A stretch of DNA of 25,400 nt. Source: Bacteroidia bacterium (GTDB lineage Bacteria; Bacteroidota; Bacteroidia; Bacteroidales; VadinHA17). The position numbers were made by a program, and so were the translations under genes. Numbering within the stretch: the stretch's first letter is position 1; the number at the start of each line of letters is the position of its first letter. The stretch lies in NCBI GenBank assembly GCA_026391215.1, contig JAPLDX010000043.1, positions 1 through 25,400 on the forward strand. The letters are read 5' to 3'. This document shows positions 17,731-25,400 of this stretch, piece by piece. The notes beneath the pieces were generated by a model. That model saw only the letters and a program-made list of their open reading frames with translations, searched no databases and had not been told where the DNA came from.

Positions 17731-19740
17731 GTGCTAAATAAGGAAATCCCGTTTCTCCGTATCGGTATACCCTTATGTTTGGGAATAATTTCGGGACTCT
17801 GCATCGCTCCCGGGAGCCTGTTCTTTATACTGTCCGGAACTTCAATTCTTCTCTTCTTTTGTGTAAGCCTGCTTTTTAACCGGCAACTGACAAACCCAGT
17901 TTATGGTATCTCAATTATGCTAGCACTGTTCATTTGCGGCCTTCTGCTTTACACTATTGAAAAAACCGGAATATCCGTACTTGAACAAAAGGAGACCATA
18001 TTTACTGGTTGTATGTCAGATTATCCTGAAGAGAAGGAAAACAGCTTCAGGATTATCTTCAAGACTGGGAGCAGGTTCACAAGGGAAGGGTATGAGAAGG
18101 TAAACGGTTCGCTGTTGCTGTACTACAGGAAGAGTAAGGATCTCCCTGTATTAATTCCCGGGGATCAGCTGATCATAAGATGCACTCCGCTGGAAATTAA
18201 AAGCAGAGGCAATCCCTATGAATTTGATTACAGATTTTTCATGGAAAACAACGGTATAAGATACTATGCATTTATTGATTCCGGTGATATCATAAGGTAC
18301 TCTGTTCCTGAACACAGAAAGTTGATTCACAGGGCGTTGATGATAAGGGAAAGGATCATTGACATGTTCAGGGAGCGGGGTATTAAGGGAGAGAGGCTTG
18401 CCCTTGTGGCAGCCATAACTCTTGGGCAAAAGAATATGCTCGATCCGGAGCAGAAACAGCATTTCATCAAAGCGGGAGTGATGCATATCATGGCTGTTTC
18501 AGGACTTCACGCAGTTATCCTGAGCATGTTCATCTTCAGGATGTTGTTTTTTCTTAAGGGCAGGTTCAACATTATCAGGGTAATAATCACAATCATTATC
18601 TTATGGATATTTGCCTTTATAACCGGGCTTACCCCGTCGGTTCTGCGTGCGACGCTTATGTATTCGTTCCTTCAGGTAGGGAATATCATGAAGAGGCCCG
18701 TCAATGGGATCAATTCAGTCCTGGCTTCAGCATTTGTCCTTATTCTTGTTAGACCTTCCGTTATATTTGATGCCGGGTTCCAGCTCTCTTACGCTGCAGT
18801 GATCTATATACTCTGTTTCTACCGCGACTTTTACCTGAAGATCCATTTCAGGCACCGTATTCCGGATTATATATGGCAGTCCGCCGCTATCACCATTATT
18901 GCCCAGGCAGGAACATTACCACTGACAATTATGCTTTTCAACCGGTTCCCGACATGGTTCATTTTTTCAAATATCATAATAGTAACGCTGTCGTCACTGG
19001 TTGTGATTTTCGGAGCGCTCATTCCATTGACATTCCCGGTTCTCTTTCTTTCTAAGTTCCTTGCGAAGGTGCTGGATTTCATGACCGGGCTTACAGAGCG
19101 ATTAACTGAGATCGCCTCTACTTTGCCGGTTTCAACAATTGAAAATATAGGTATCACAGGAATTGAATGCATATTCCTTACACTAACAATATTCCTGTTT
19201 ACCCGTTTCCTTCTTATAAAAAAATCTCTGCCGCTGCAGGTCCCTCTTGCAGCTCTCTTCCTGTTTGTTCTTTCAGGGACAATAAAAGACATAACCACCA
19301 GAAAATCCAGTGAGCTTATTGTATATAACTCAATCGGATCTTCTGCAATAGGCATCAGGAACGGAAATATTCTCAATATTTATTCTGATACTCTTCCTGC
19401 AGGACAGGAAGTAAGAAGGCATTCTGCAACACTAAACCTTAAAGTCAGGGAAAATCTGCTAGACGGGAATACTATTCAGATTAAAGCCGGAGGAAAAAAG
19501 ATACTGATAACCAGCACATTGAACACCTGGCTGCTGAAAACAGCTTCTCCCGATTTTATTGTATTGACAGGAAAAAAGCCTGTAATAGACAGGAATATTC
19601 AATCGGAAGTATCTCCTGAAGCTCTTATCATAAGTCCTGAAGCAATATCAATTTACCAGGTAAACCGGGCAGTCAGTAAAATAAATGCACGAAAAGTTTA
19701 TTACGTTGAAAAACAGGGTGCTTTTTATAGCAGACTTTGA
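17731..19740 (+). CDS. comEC: ComEC/Rec2 family competence membrane protein (DUF4131 + Competence domain)
   Basis: GTG start; NPYEFDY, HIMAVSGLH, PSVLRA, GFQLSYAAV; no HxHxDH MBL motif in the C-terminus. Confidence 0.92.
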   Translation: MLNKEIPFLRIGIPLCLGIISGLCIAPGSLFFILSGTSILLFFCVSLLFNRQLTNPVYGISIMLALFICGLLLYTIEKTGISVLEQKETIFTGCMSDYPEEKENSFRIIFKTGSRFTREGYEKVNGSLLLYYRKSKDLPVLIPGDQLIIRCTPLEIKSRGNPYEFDYRFFMENNGIRYYAFIDSGDIIRYSVPEHRKLIHRALMIRERIIDMFRERGIKGERLALVAAITLGQKNMLDPEQKQHFIKAGVMHIMAVSGLHAVILSMFIFRMLFFLKGRFNIIRVIITIIILWIFAFITGLTPSVLRATLMYSFLQVGNIMKRPVNGINSVLASAFVLILVRPSVIFDAGFQLSYAAVIYILCFYRDFYLKIHFRHRIPDYIWQSAAITIIAQAGTLPLTIMLFNRFPTWFIFSNIIIVTLSSLVVIFGALIPLTFPVLFLSKFLAKVLDFMTGLTERLTEIASTLPVSTIENIGITGIECIFLTLTIFLFTRFLLIKKSLPLQVPLAALFLFVLSGTIKDITTRKSSELIVYNSIGSSAIGIRNGNILNIYSDTLPAGQEVRRHSATLNLKVRENLLDGNTIQIKAGGKKILITSTLNTWLLKTASPDFIVLTGKKPVIDRNIQSEVSPEALIISPEAISIYQVNRAVSKINARKVYYVEKQGAFYSRL

Positions 19741-19795
19741 TAGAGCCCTAAAAATAAATATGTTAAAATACCAGTGTACTATGCCATTTATCTCT

Positions 19796-19803
19796 TAATT
19801 TTG
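19796..19803 (+). promoter_or_regulatory. -7 box TAATTTTG for trkAH
   Basis: Consensus match 23 nt upstream of the ATG. Confidence 0.6.
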
Positions 19804-19826
19804 TCCTGTTTTTTATTTTTATACCT

Positions 19827-21167
19827 ATGAGAATAGTAATAGCGGGTGCAGGAGAAGTTGGGACACATCTGGCAAAGATGCTCTCCAATGAAAATCATGA
19901 GATCATTATCATAGACCCTGAAGACACCCGGCTGGATCCCATAAAATCTTCACTCGATGTACTTACGATAAACGGATCGGCAACTTCGGTAAAAATATTG
20001 CAGGATATCCTTCAGAAAAAAACAGATCTTTTCATTGGTGTTACACATTCTGAAGATACCAATGTCACTGCATGCATACTTGCCAAGAGGTATGGCGCTT
20101 TGAAAACAATAGCCCGTATAGATAACCTGGATTACCTGGAGCAATCCACCCCGGAGTTTTTCAGGACCCTTGGCATTGATTCCCTTATCTACCCTGAACT
20201 CATTGCAGCAAGGGAAGTGCTGGGATTGCTTCATGAGACCGGCACCTCTGAATTTATGCAGTTTTCCGGCGGCAAGCTCTCAATGTTTGTTCAGCGTCTT
20301 GATGAAAATGCTCCTATTCTTAATAAGAGCCTGGCACAGATTTCGGAATCCAACAAAAGTGAAGAATACAGGGCAGTTGCCATAAAACGCAATGATAAAA
20401 CCATTATCCCAAGGGGAAATGAGCAATTCCAGCTGGGAGATCTTGTTTTTGTGATCTCCACACGCGAAGGAATTGAAGAAATGATGAAGACATCGGGGAA
20501 GGAGGCTTTTGAAGCAAAGAATATTATGATTGTCGGGGGCAGCAGGATAGGGAAGCATATTGCACTCTATCTGCAGAATAATTGTTCAGTGAAGCTCATC
20601 GATTCAAATCCTGAAAAATGCGAGTTCCTGGCAGAGATACTTGATAAGACGCTTGTAATTAACGGCGATTGCAGGAAGGCGGATCTGCTGGAGCAGGAAG
20701 GCATTTCAAAGATGGATACTTTTGTTGCAGTAACAGGTAACTCTGAGACCAATATCCTCTCCTGCCTGCTCGCTAAAAAAATGGGTGTTACACGGACAAT
20801 AGCCGAGGTCGAGAACATGGAGTATATTAACCTTGCGGAGAATTCAGGCATTGATACTATAATAAATAAGAAGATCTCTGCAGCAAGCAGGATCTTCAGG
20901 CATACTCTTAATCCAAATGTCACACAGGTCAAGTATATGACCGGAACAGATGCTGAAGTGCTTGAGTTCATAGTTCCTGAAAATGCAAAAATAACCAGGG
21001 GAACACTCCGGGGAATTGATTTCCCTAAGGATGCCATTGTCGGAGGAGGTACCAGAGACGGCGAGCCGTTCATAGCAACAGGAGATACTATTATTAAAGC
21101 CAATGACAGGGTTGTCGTCTTTACTTTGCCGACAGCTTATGATCATCTGGCAAAATTCTTTACCTGA
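19827..21167 (+). CDS. trkA: Trk potassium uptake system NAD-binding subunit
   Basis: Two RCK_N/RCK_C pairs: IAGAGEVG and IVGGSRIG. Confidence 0.96.
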   Translation: MRIVIAGAGEVGTHLAKMLSNENHEIIIIDPEDTRLDPIKSSLDVLTINGSATSVKILQDILQKKTDLFIGVTHSEDTNVTACILAKRYGALKTIARIDNLDYLEQSTPEFFRTLGIDSLIYPELIAAREVLGLLHETGTSEFMQFSGGKLSMFVQRLDENAPILNKSLAQISESNKSEEYRAVAIKRNDKTIIPRGNEQFQLGDLVFVISTREGIEEMMKTSGKEAFEAKNIMIVGGSRIGKHIALYLQNNCSVKLIDSNPEKCEFLAEILDKTLVINGDCRKADLLEQEGISKMDTFVAVTGNSETNILSCLLAKKMGVTRTIAEVENMEYINLAENSGIDTIINKKISAASRIFRHTLNPNVTQVKYMTGTDAEVLEFIVPENAKITRGTLRGIDFPKDAIVGGGTRDGEPFIATGDTIIKANDRVVVFTLPTAYDHLAKFFT

Positions 21168-21173
21168 TAAGGA

Positions 21174-22622
21174 ATGGTAAACTTCAGAGTCATTGCCAGG
21201 GTTTTCAGCCTTGTGCTATTAATTGAAGGTTTGTTCATGCTGCTTTCTGCAGCAGTTTCTTTATTATACAAGGAACCTGCAGTGACTTCATTATTGTTCT
21301 CTGCAATAATCACTGTAGTTGCCGGCATACTGGTCTTCACTCCCCTGCGAAATGAAGAAAAGCTCTCCGGTTATAAAGAGGGATATATCATAATAACCGG
21401 GGTATGGCTCATAGGTAGTCTTTTTGGAACACTGCCATATTTACTCAGCGGTTCCATTAATAATTTTAGTAATGCATTTTTTGAATCAATATCTGGATTC
21501 TCAACTACCGGCGCAACAATCCTTACTGATATAGAAGCCCAGCCGTATGGGGTCTTGTTCTGGAGAAGCATTACCCAATGGCTTGGCGGGATAGGATTTA
21601 TTATGATATCCCTGTCTCTTATACCGGTTGTTAAATCCATAAATGTCCAGCTTACATTAACGGACTTCACGGGTCAGACAACGGATAAGATCAATCCCAG
21701 GGTCAGCAGTTCGGCAAAGCGGATGATTACATTATATGCGCTCATTACGCTTGCAGAGGCTTTGCTGCTTACCATCAGCGGAATGCCGTTATTCGATTCT
21801 ATATGCACTTCATTTACGACAATGTCCTCGGGTGGATTCTCAACAAGAAATAATAGCCTTACATCTTTTGGGTCTCCTCTGATCATGATCATCATAATGA
21901 TATTTATGTTTGCTGCGGGAACTAATATGACACTGGTATATTATGCTTTAAAAAAGAATTTCAAGAAAGCCTTTGGCAATCATGAATTTATCTTTTATGC
22001 TATAACCTGCCTGGTTTTTATTCTGATAGTATCAACAACTCTCTGGTTAAAGCCGGGTATTACTGCCGGAAAGGGATTTCTTGAAGGCAGCTTTCAGGTC
22101 ATTTCAATAATCTCAACAACGGGATTTTATCATGCTGATTACAATCAATGGGGCGGCTTTCTGGTACTTATCATTTTTTTGATGATGTTCATCGGGGGTA
22201 CATCAGGTTCACCGACCAGCAGCCTGAAAATAATCAGGATCCTCCTGACAACCAAAAATGCCCGTCATGAAATGCGGAAGATGATACATCCTAATGCTGT
22301 CATACCCGTGCGACTGGATAATAAGATCGTCCCCCAGAGCATTGTGTACAATGTACTGATCTTTATTGCATTATATTTCATGATCATCTGTTTGAGCTCC
22401 CTTGTGATCTCATTTATGGGCTATGATATAATAACCTCTTTCAGCACTTCAGCAGCGATGCTGGGGAACATAGGACCGGGTCTGGGAGCATTCGGGCCAT
22501 ACCTGAATTATGCTGCAGTCCCGATGGGAGAAAAATGGTTCTTTGCATTTCTCATGCTTCTCGGAAGACTTGAGCTTTTGTCTGTGCTGACCTTCTTTAC
22601 AAGGGATTTTTACAAACGCTGA
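21174..22622 (+). CDS. trkH: Trk potassium uptake membrane protein
   Basis: Four pore loops: SGFSTTGAT, SSGGFS, STTGF, GNIGPG; LLGRLEL. Confidence 0.95.
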   Translation: MVNFRVIARVFSLVLLIEGLFMLLSAAVSLLYKEPAVTSLLFSAIITVVAGILVFTPLRNEEKLSGYKEGYIIITGVWLIGSLFGTLPYLLSGSINNFSNAFFESISGFSTTGATILTDIEAQPYGVLFWRSITQWLGGIGFIMISLSLIPVVKSINVQLTLTDFTGQTTDKINPRVSSSAKRMITLYALITLAEALLLTISGMPLFDSICTSFTTMSSGGFSTRNNSLTSFGSPLIMIIIMIFMFAAGTNMTLVYYALKKNFKKAFGNHEFIFYAITCLVFILIVSTTLWLKPGITAGKGFLEGSFQVISIISTTGFYHADYNQWGGFLVLIIFLMMFIGGTSGSPTSSLKIIRILLTTKNARHEMRKMIHPNAVIPVRLDNKIVPQSIVYNVLIFIALYFMIICLSSLVISFMGYDIITSFSTSAAMLGNIGPGLGAFGPYLNYAAVPMGEKWFFAFLMLLGRLELLSVLTFFTRDFYKR

Positions 22623-22626
22623 GATT

Positions 22627-23241
22627 TTACCAATCGACTATACCAAGGCCCTGCCTTACTACCTCAACCTCCTCACCTGTACAGTCGACAATGGTTGAGG
22701 CTTCGTTCCGTCCATAGCCCCCGTCAATTACTATATCGGCAAAATCGCGGTACTTTTCATGAATAAGCTCCGGATCAGTAGTATATTCTATGATCTCATC
22801 CTGGTCGTGAACAGAGGTAGTAATTATTGGTCTGCCAAGTTCCCTGACGATCTCAAGGACAATACTGCTGTCAGGGATCCTTATACCAACAGTTTTCTTC
22901 TTGTTCTTGAACATCTTGGGAATCTGGTTATTTGCCTTGACAATAAAGGTAAAGGGCCCGGGAAGATTTCTCTTCAACAGCTTGAAAACCGGATTGTCCC
23001 TGATGATGGTATAATCCGAAAGCTGGCTCATATCATGAAAGATAAGCGACAGGTCAGGATTATCGGGATTAAGACCTTTCAGACGGGCAATCTTCTCTAT
23101 TGATTTATTTGCCTTGATATCGCATCCCATAGCATACACCGTATCAGTGGGGTATATGATTATGCCACCGACCTCCAACAGATCAACAACCTGCCGGATA
23201 TGTTTCTGGTTTGGATTTTCGGGATATATGCGGATTAACAT
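22627..23241 (-). CDS. Sua5/YciO/YrdC family protein (YciO-like)
   Basis: YPTDTVYAMGC, LPGPFTFI, TVGIRIP, STIVDCT...RQGLG; lacks the TsaC KxR and SxN motifs. Confidence 0.9.
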   Translation of the reverse strand: MLIRIYPENPNQKHIRQVVDLLEVGGIIIYPTDTVYAMGCDIKANKSIEKIARLKGLNPDNPDLSLIFHDMSQLSDYTIIRDNPVFKLLKRNLPGPFTFIVKANNQIPKMFKNKKKTVGIRIPDSSIVLEIVRELGRPIITTSVHDQDEIIEYTTDPELIHEKYRDFADIVIDGGYGRNEASTIVDCTGEEVEVVRQGLGIVDW

Positions 23242-23245
23242 GAAG

Positions 23246-23253
23246 CAAAGATA
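23246..23253 (-). promoter_or_regulatory. -7 box TATCTTTG 4 nt upstream of the yciO-like ATG
   Basis: Minus strand reads TATCTTTG-CTTC-ATG. Confidence 0.6.
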
Positions 23254-23260
23254 AAAAAAA

Positions 23261-23361
23261 GAGGGTAAGCTACTTATATCGCACCGCTACAACTGCCTAC
23301 CCTTGCTACCTTCCGATCCTGGGGGAGTTCAGCAGGAGCTGGTCGTATAAGACTTACCCGG
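23261..23361 (-). ncRNA. ffs: Signal recognition particle RNA (4.5S, small bacterial type)
   Basis: Minus strand contains domain IV CAGG-ATC-GGAA-GGT-AGCA; closing stem GGGTAAG/CTTACCC; U8 tract follows. Confidence 0.95.
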
Positions 23362-23363
23362 TG

Positions 23364-23394
23364 CAAAAATACAATTTTTCGCGATGACGGCAAA
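23364..23394 (-). promoter_or_regulatory. ffs promoter (TTTG-19-TATTTTTG)
   Basis: Both boxes match consensus with 19-nt spacing, immediately upstream of the RNA. Confidence 0.8.
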
Positions 23395-23440
23395 ATTATT
23401 ATTCACCATACTGAAGAATGATCATTACTTATTTTTACAT

Positions 23441-23448
23441 TATATTTG
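23441..23448 (+). promoter_or_regulatory. -7 box TATATTTG for the DUF4199-GT2 operon
   Basis: Consensus match, divergent from ffs. Confidence 0.6.
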
Positions 23449-23487
23449 TTGTAATTCATCAATTTTAAAAACTAAATAACTGAATCA

Positions 23488-24036
23488 ATGGAAAATAACG
23501 TTAGCCCCTGGAAAGCAAATCTCACCAATGGATTGATATTGGGCCTAATAGGGATAGTATACACCATGGTGTTTTATTTTCTCGACCTCACATTCAATAA
23601 GGTGCAGTCTTATGTGTTTCTGGTCCTTCTTGTAGTTATCCTATTCTTCCTCGTAAAATCATACAGGAATAGCTACAGGCACGGATTTATAACTTTCGGA
23701 CAGGCTCTTGGTGCAGGCATTATCATCTTCCTTTATTATTCAATAATTTCAGCAGTGTTCGCATATATTCTTTATGCAATTATAGATCCAAACCTGATAG
23801 ATAAACAGCTGGCATTCACCGAGGAAATAATGCAGCAAAAAGGAGTGCCTCAGGAAGCGCTTGATTTGAGCATGTCAATGCAGAGAAAGATTATGAAACC
23901 TGCCATTATGGCTCCCATGAGCTTATTCGGCAATATGTTTTATGGATTAATAATGTCACTTATTGTTGCAGCATTTGTCCGTAAGGAAGGCAATCCGCTT
24001 ATAGATGCAACAGAAACAGAGATTGAAAACAAATAA
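23488..24036 (+). CDS. DUF4199 family membrane protein
   Basis: Four TM helices; YR...GFITFGQALGAG and Y..IDP pattern. Confidence 0.85.
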   Translation: MENNVSPWKANLTNGLILGLIGIVYTMVFYFLDLTFNKVQSYVFLVLLVVILFFLVKSYRNSYRHGFITFGQALGAGIIIFLYYSIISAVFAYILYAIIDPNLIDKQLAFTEEIMQQKGVPQEALDLSMSMQRKIMKPAIMAPMSLFGNMFYGLIMSLIVAAFVRKEGNPLIDATETEIENK

Positions 24037-24037
24037 T

Positions 24038-24991
24038 ATGGATCTGTCGGTCATCATTCCTGTTTATAATGAAGAAGAGTCAATCCTGGAGCTGTCAGAC
24101 TGGATTGAGAGGGTCTGCACTGGTGCAGGCTTATCTTATGAGATCATTTTCATTGATGACGGGAGTTCCGATACATCGTGGAATAAGATCACGGATCTGG
24201 CCGGCAAAAAGAATTTTATAAAAGGACTCAAATTCAGAAGAAATTACGGAAAGGCTGCTGCCCTTCACACAGGCTTCACCGAATCATCCGGTGAAGTGGT
24301 CATTACAATGGATTCTGACCTGCAGGACAATCCTGATGAAATACCGGAGCTGGTAAGGATGATACGTGAAGAGGGTTATGACCTGGTTTCAGGATGGAAA
24401 AAGAAAAGGTATGATCCCTTCATTAAACGTTCCACCAGCAGGTTATATAACCTCACGGCAAGATTATCTTCAGGTATAAAACTGCACGACTTCAACTGCG
24501 GACTGAAAGCATACCGCAGCGAGGTAGTAAAGGGCATTGAGGTTTATGGCGAAATGCACCGTTATATCCCGATGCTGGCGAGAGAAGCCGGATTCAGGAA
24601 GATCGGCGAAAAGGTCGTTGACCACCGTCCAAGAAAATATGGCGTTACTAAATACGGATTTGACAGGTTTATGAAGGGATACCTGGATATGCTGACCATT
24701 GGTTTTATCACCAGATTTGGAAAAAGTCCCATGCATCTTTTCGGATCCCTTGGCACGCTTATGTTCCTTATTGGCTTTATCATGGCCGGGTATCTTGGCA
24801 TACGTAAGCTGGTCTTTGTAAATCATCATCTAAGGGCACCGCTGATAACCGACAGCCCATATTTCTTTATTGCCTTAACGGTAATGGTAATAGGATCTCT
24901 TCTTTTTCTAACAGGATTCCTGGGAGAACTGATCAACAGGAATTCATCGGAGAGGAACAATTATCTTATTAAGGATAAAGTTAATATTTGA
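24038..24991 (+). CDS. Glycosyltransferase family 2 (ArnC/GtrB-like polyprenyl-phosphate glycosyltransferase); true start likely 24038, not 24005
   Basis: SVIIPVYNEEE, IDDGSSD, RNYGKAAAL, MDSDLQD, HDFNCGLKAY, two C-terminal TMs. Confidence 0.92.
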   Translation: MDLSVIIPVYNEEESILELSDWIERVCTGAGLSYEIIFIDDGSSDTSWNKITDLAGKKNFIKGLKFRRNYGKAAALHTGFTESSGEVVITMDSDLQDNPDEIPELVRMIREEGYDLVSGWKKKRYDPFIKRSTSRLYNLTARLSSGIKLHDFNCGLKAYRSEVVKGIEVYGEMHRYIPMLAREAGFRKIGEKVVDHRPRKYGVTKYGFDRFMKGYLDMLTIGFITRFGKSPMHLFGSLGTLMFLIGFIMAGYLGIRKLVFVNHHLRAPLITDSPYFFIALTVMVIGSLLFLTGFLGELINRNSSERNNYLIKDKVNI

Positions 24992-25400
24992 AAAGATGCA
25001 GGTTTGATTCCGGTATTCCGGCCCTCCTGCCTGCCTCAAGATCTGTGTCCTTATCGCCGATAAGAACACATTCTGAAATATTGAGATCAAATTCCTTTAT
25101 TGCCTGCAGAATCATTCCCGGAGCTGGCTTGCGGCATTCACAGCATCCGTTAACTTCGGGATGATGGGGACAATAGTAGACTTTTGAAATGATAATCCCG
25201 TCCTTACGGAATTGCTTCACCATCCATTTTGTAAGCTTGGCGAAATCAGCTTCGGTATAAAGACCTTTAGCAATTCCTGCCTGGTTAGTGATTATAAGAA
25301 TTAAAAATCCATCATCCGAATATTTCCTGCAGAGATCGAATATGCCCTTTGAAAACTCAAACTGGTCCTGCAGAAAAACATGCCCCTTATCCACATTGAC
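24981..25400 (-). CDS. gmhB: D-glycero-D-manno-heptose-1,7-bisphosphate phosphatase (HAD IIIA), 5' end outside the window
   Basis: VNVDKGHV at the window edge, ITNQAGIAKG, YCPHHP...CECRKPAPGM, IGDKDTD. Confidence 0.88.
   Translation of the reverse strand, partial: VNVDKGHVFLQDQFEFSKGIFDLCRKYSDDGFLILIITNQAGIAKGLYTEADFAKLTKWMVKQFRKDGIIISKVYYCPHHPEVNGCCECRKPAPGMILQAIKEFDLNISECVLIGDKDTDLEAGRRAGIPESNLHLFKY

Noticed and set aside
19300-19740. ComEC lacking the C-terminal metallo-beta-lactamase motif as a possible pseudogene
   Set aside because: The frame is uninterrupted, and ComEC proteins without an intact MBL domain are widespread.
24005-24037. Extended GT2 N-terminus from the ORF track
   Set aside because: Overlaps DUF4199; ATG 24038 gives the canonical MDLSVIIP start.

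Overview
AT-rich (about 40% GC by eye) core-chromosome segment of a Bacteroidota organism, probably an anaerobic Bacteroidales/Marinilabiliales relative. The assignment rests on TAnnTTTG promoters, a short region-1.1-less sigma70, Rho with a long N-terminal insertion, and nifJ. Most genes are housekeeping: gap, miaA, rpe, rpoD-like sigma, rho, nifJ, ruvX, def, comEC, trkA/trkH, a YciO-like protein, SRP RNA, DUF4199, a GT2 glycosyltransferase and a partial gmhB. There is also a BlaI/M56-TonB regulatory pair, an orphan MacB-type permease followed by a SiaC-like gene, and a LuxC-like reductase. I found no phage, IS transposase, CRISPR array, tRNA or rRNA. Signals not explained by the ORF track: (1) an unannotated 41-aa lipoprotein (CxxxxCPAY) in a probable operon with a predicted beta-barrel protein; (2) seven REP/MITE-like palindromic elements with no transposase in view, three directly behind intrinsic terminators and one supplying the def stop codon; (3) a long rho leader with alternative pairings; (4) candidate BlaI operators; (5) a probable leaderless yciO-like mRNA whose promoter sits in the SRP RNA terminator. 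All family calls come from motif recognition by eye; no searches were run.
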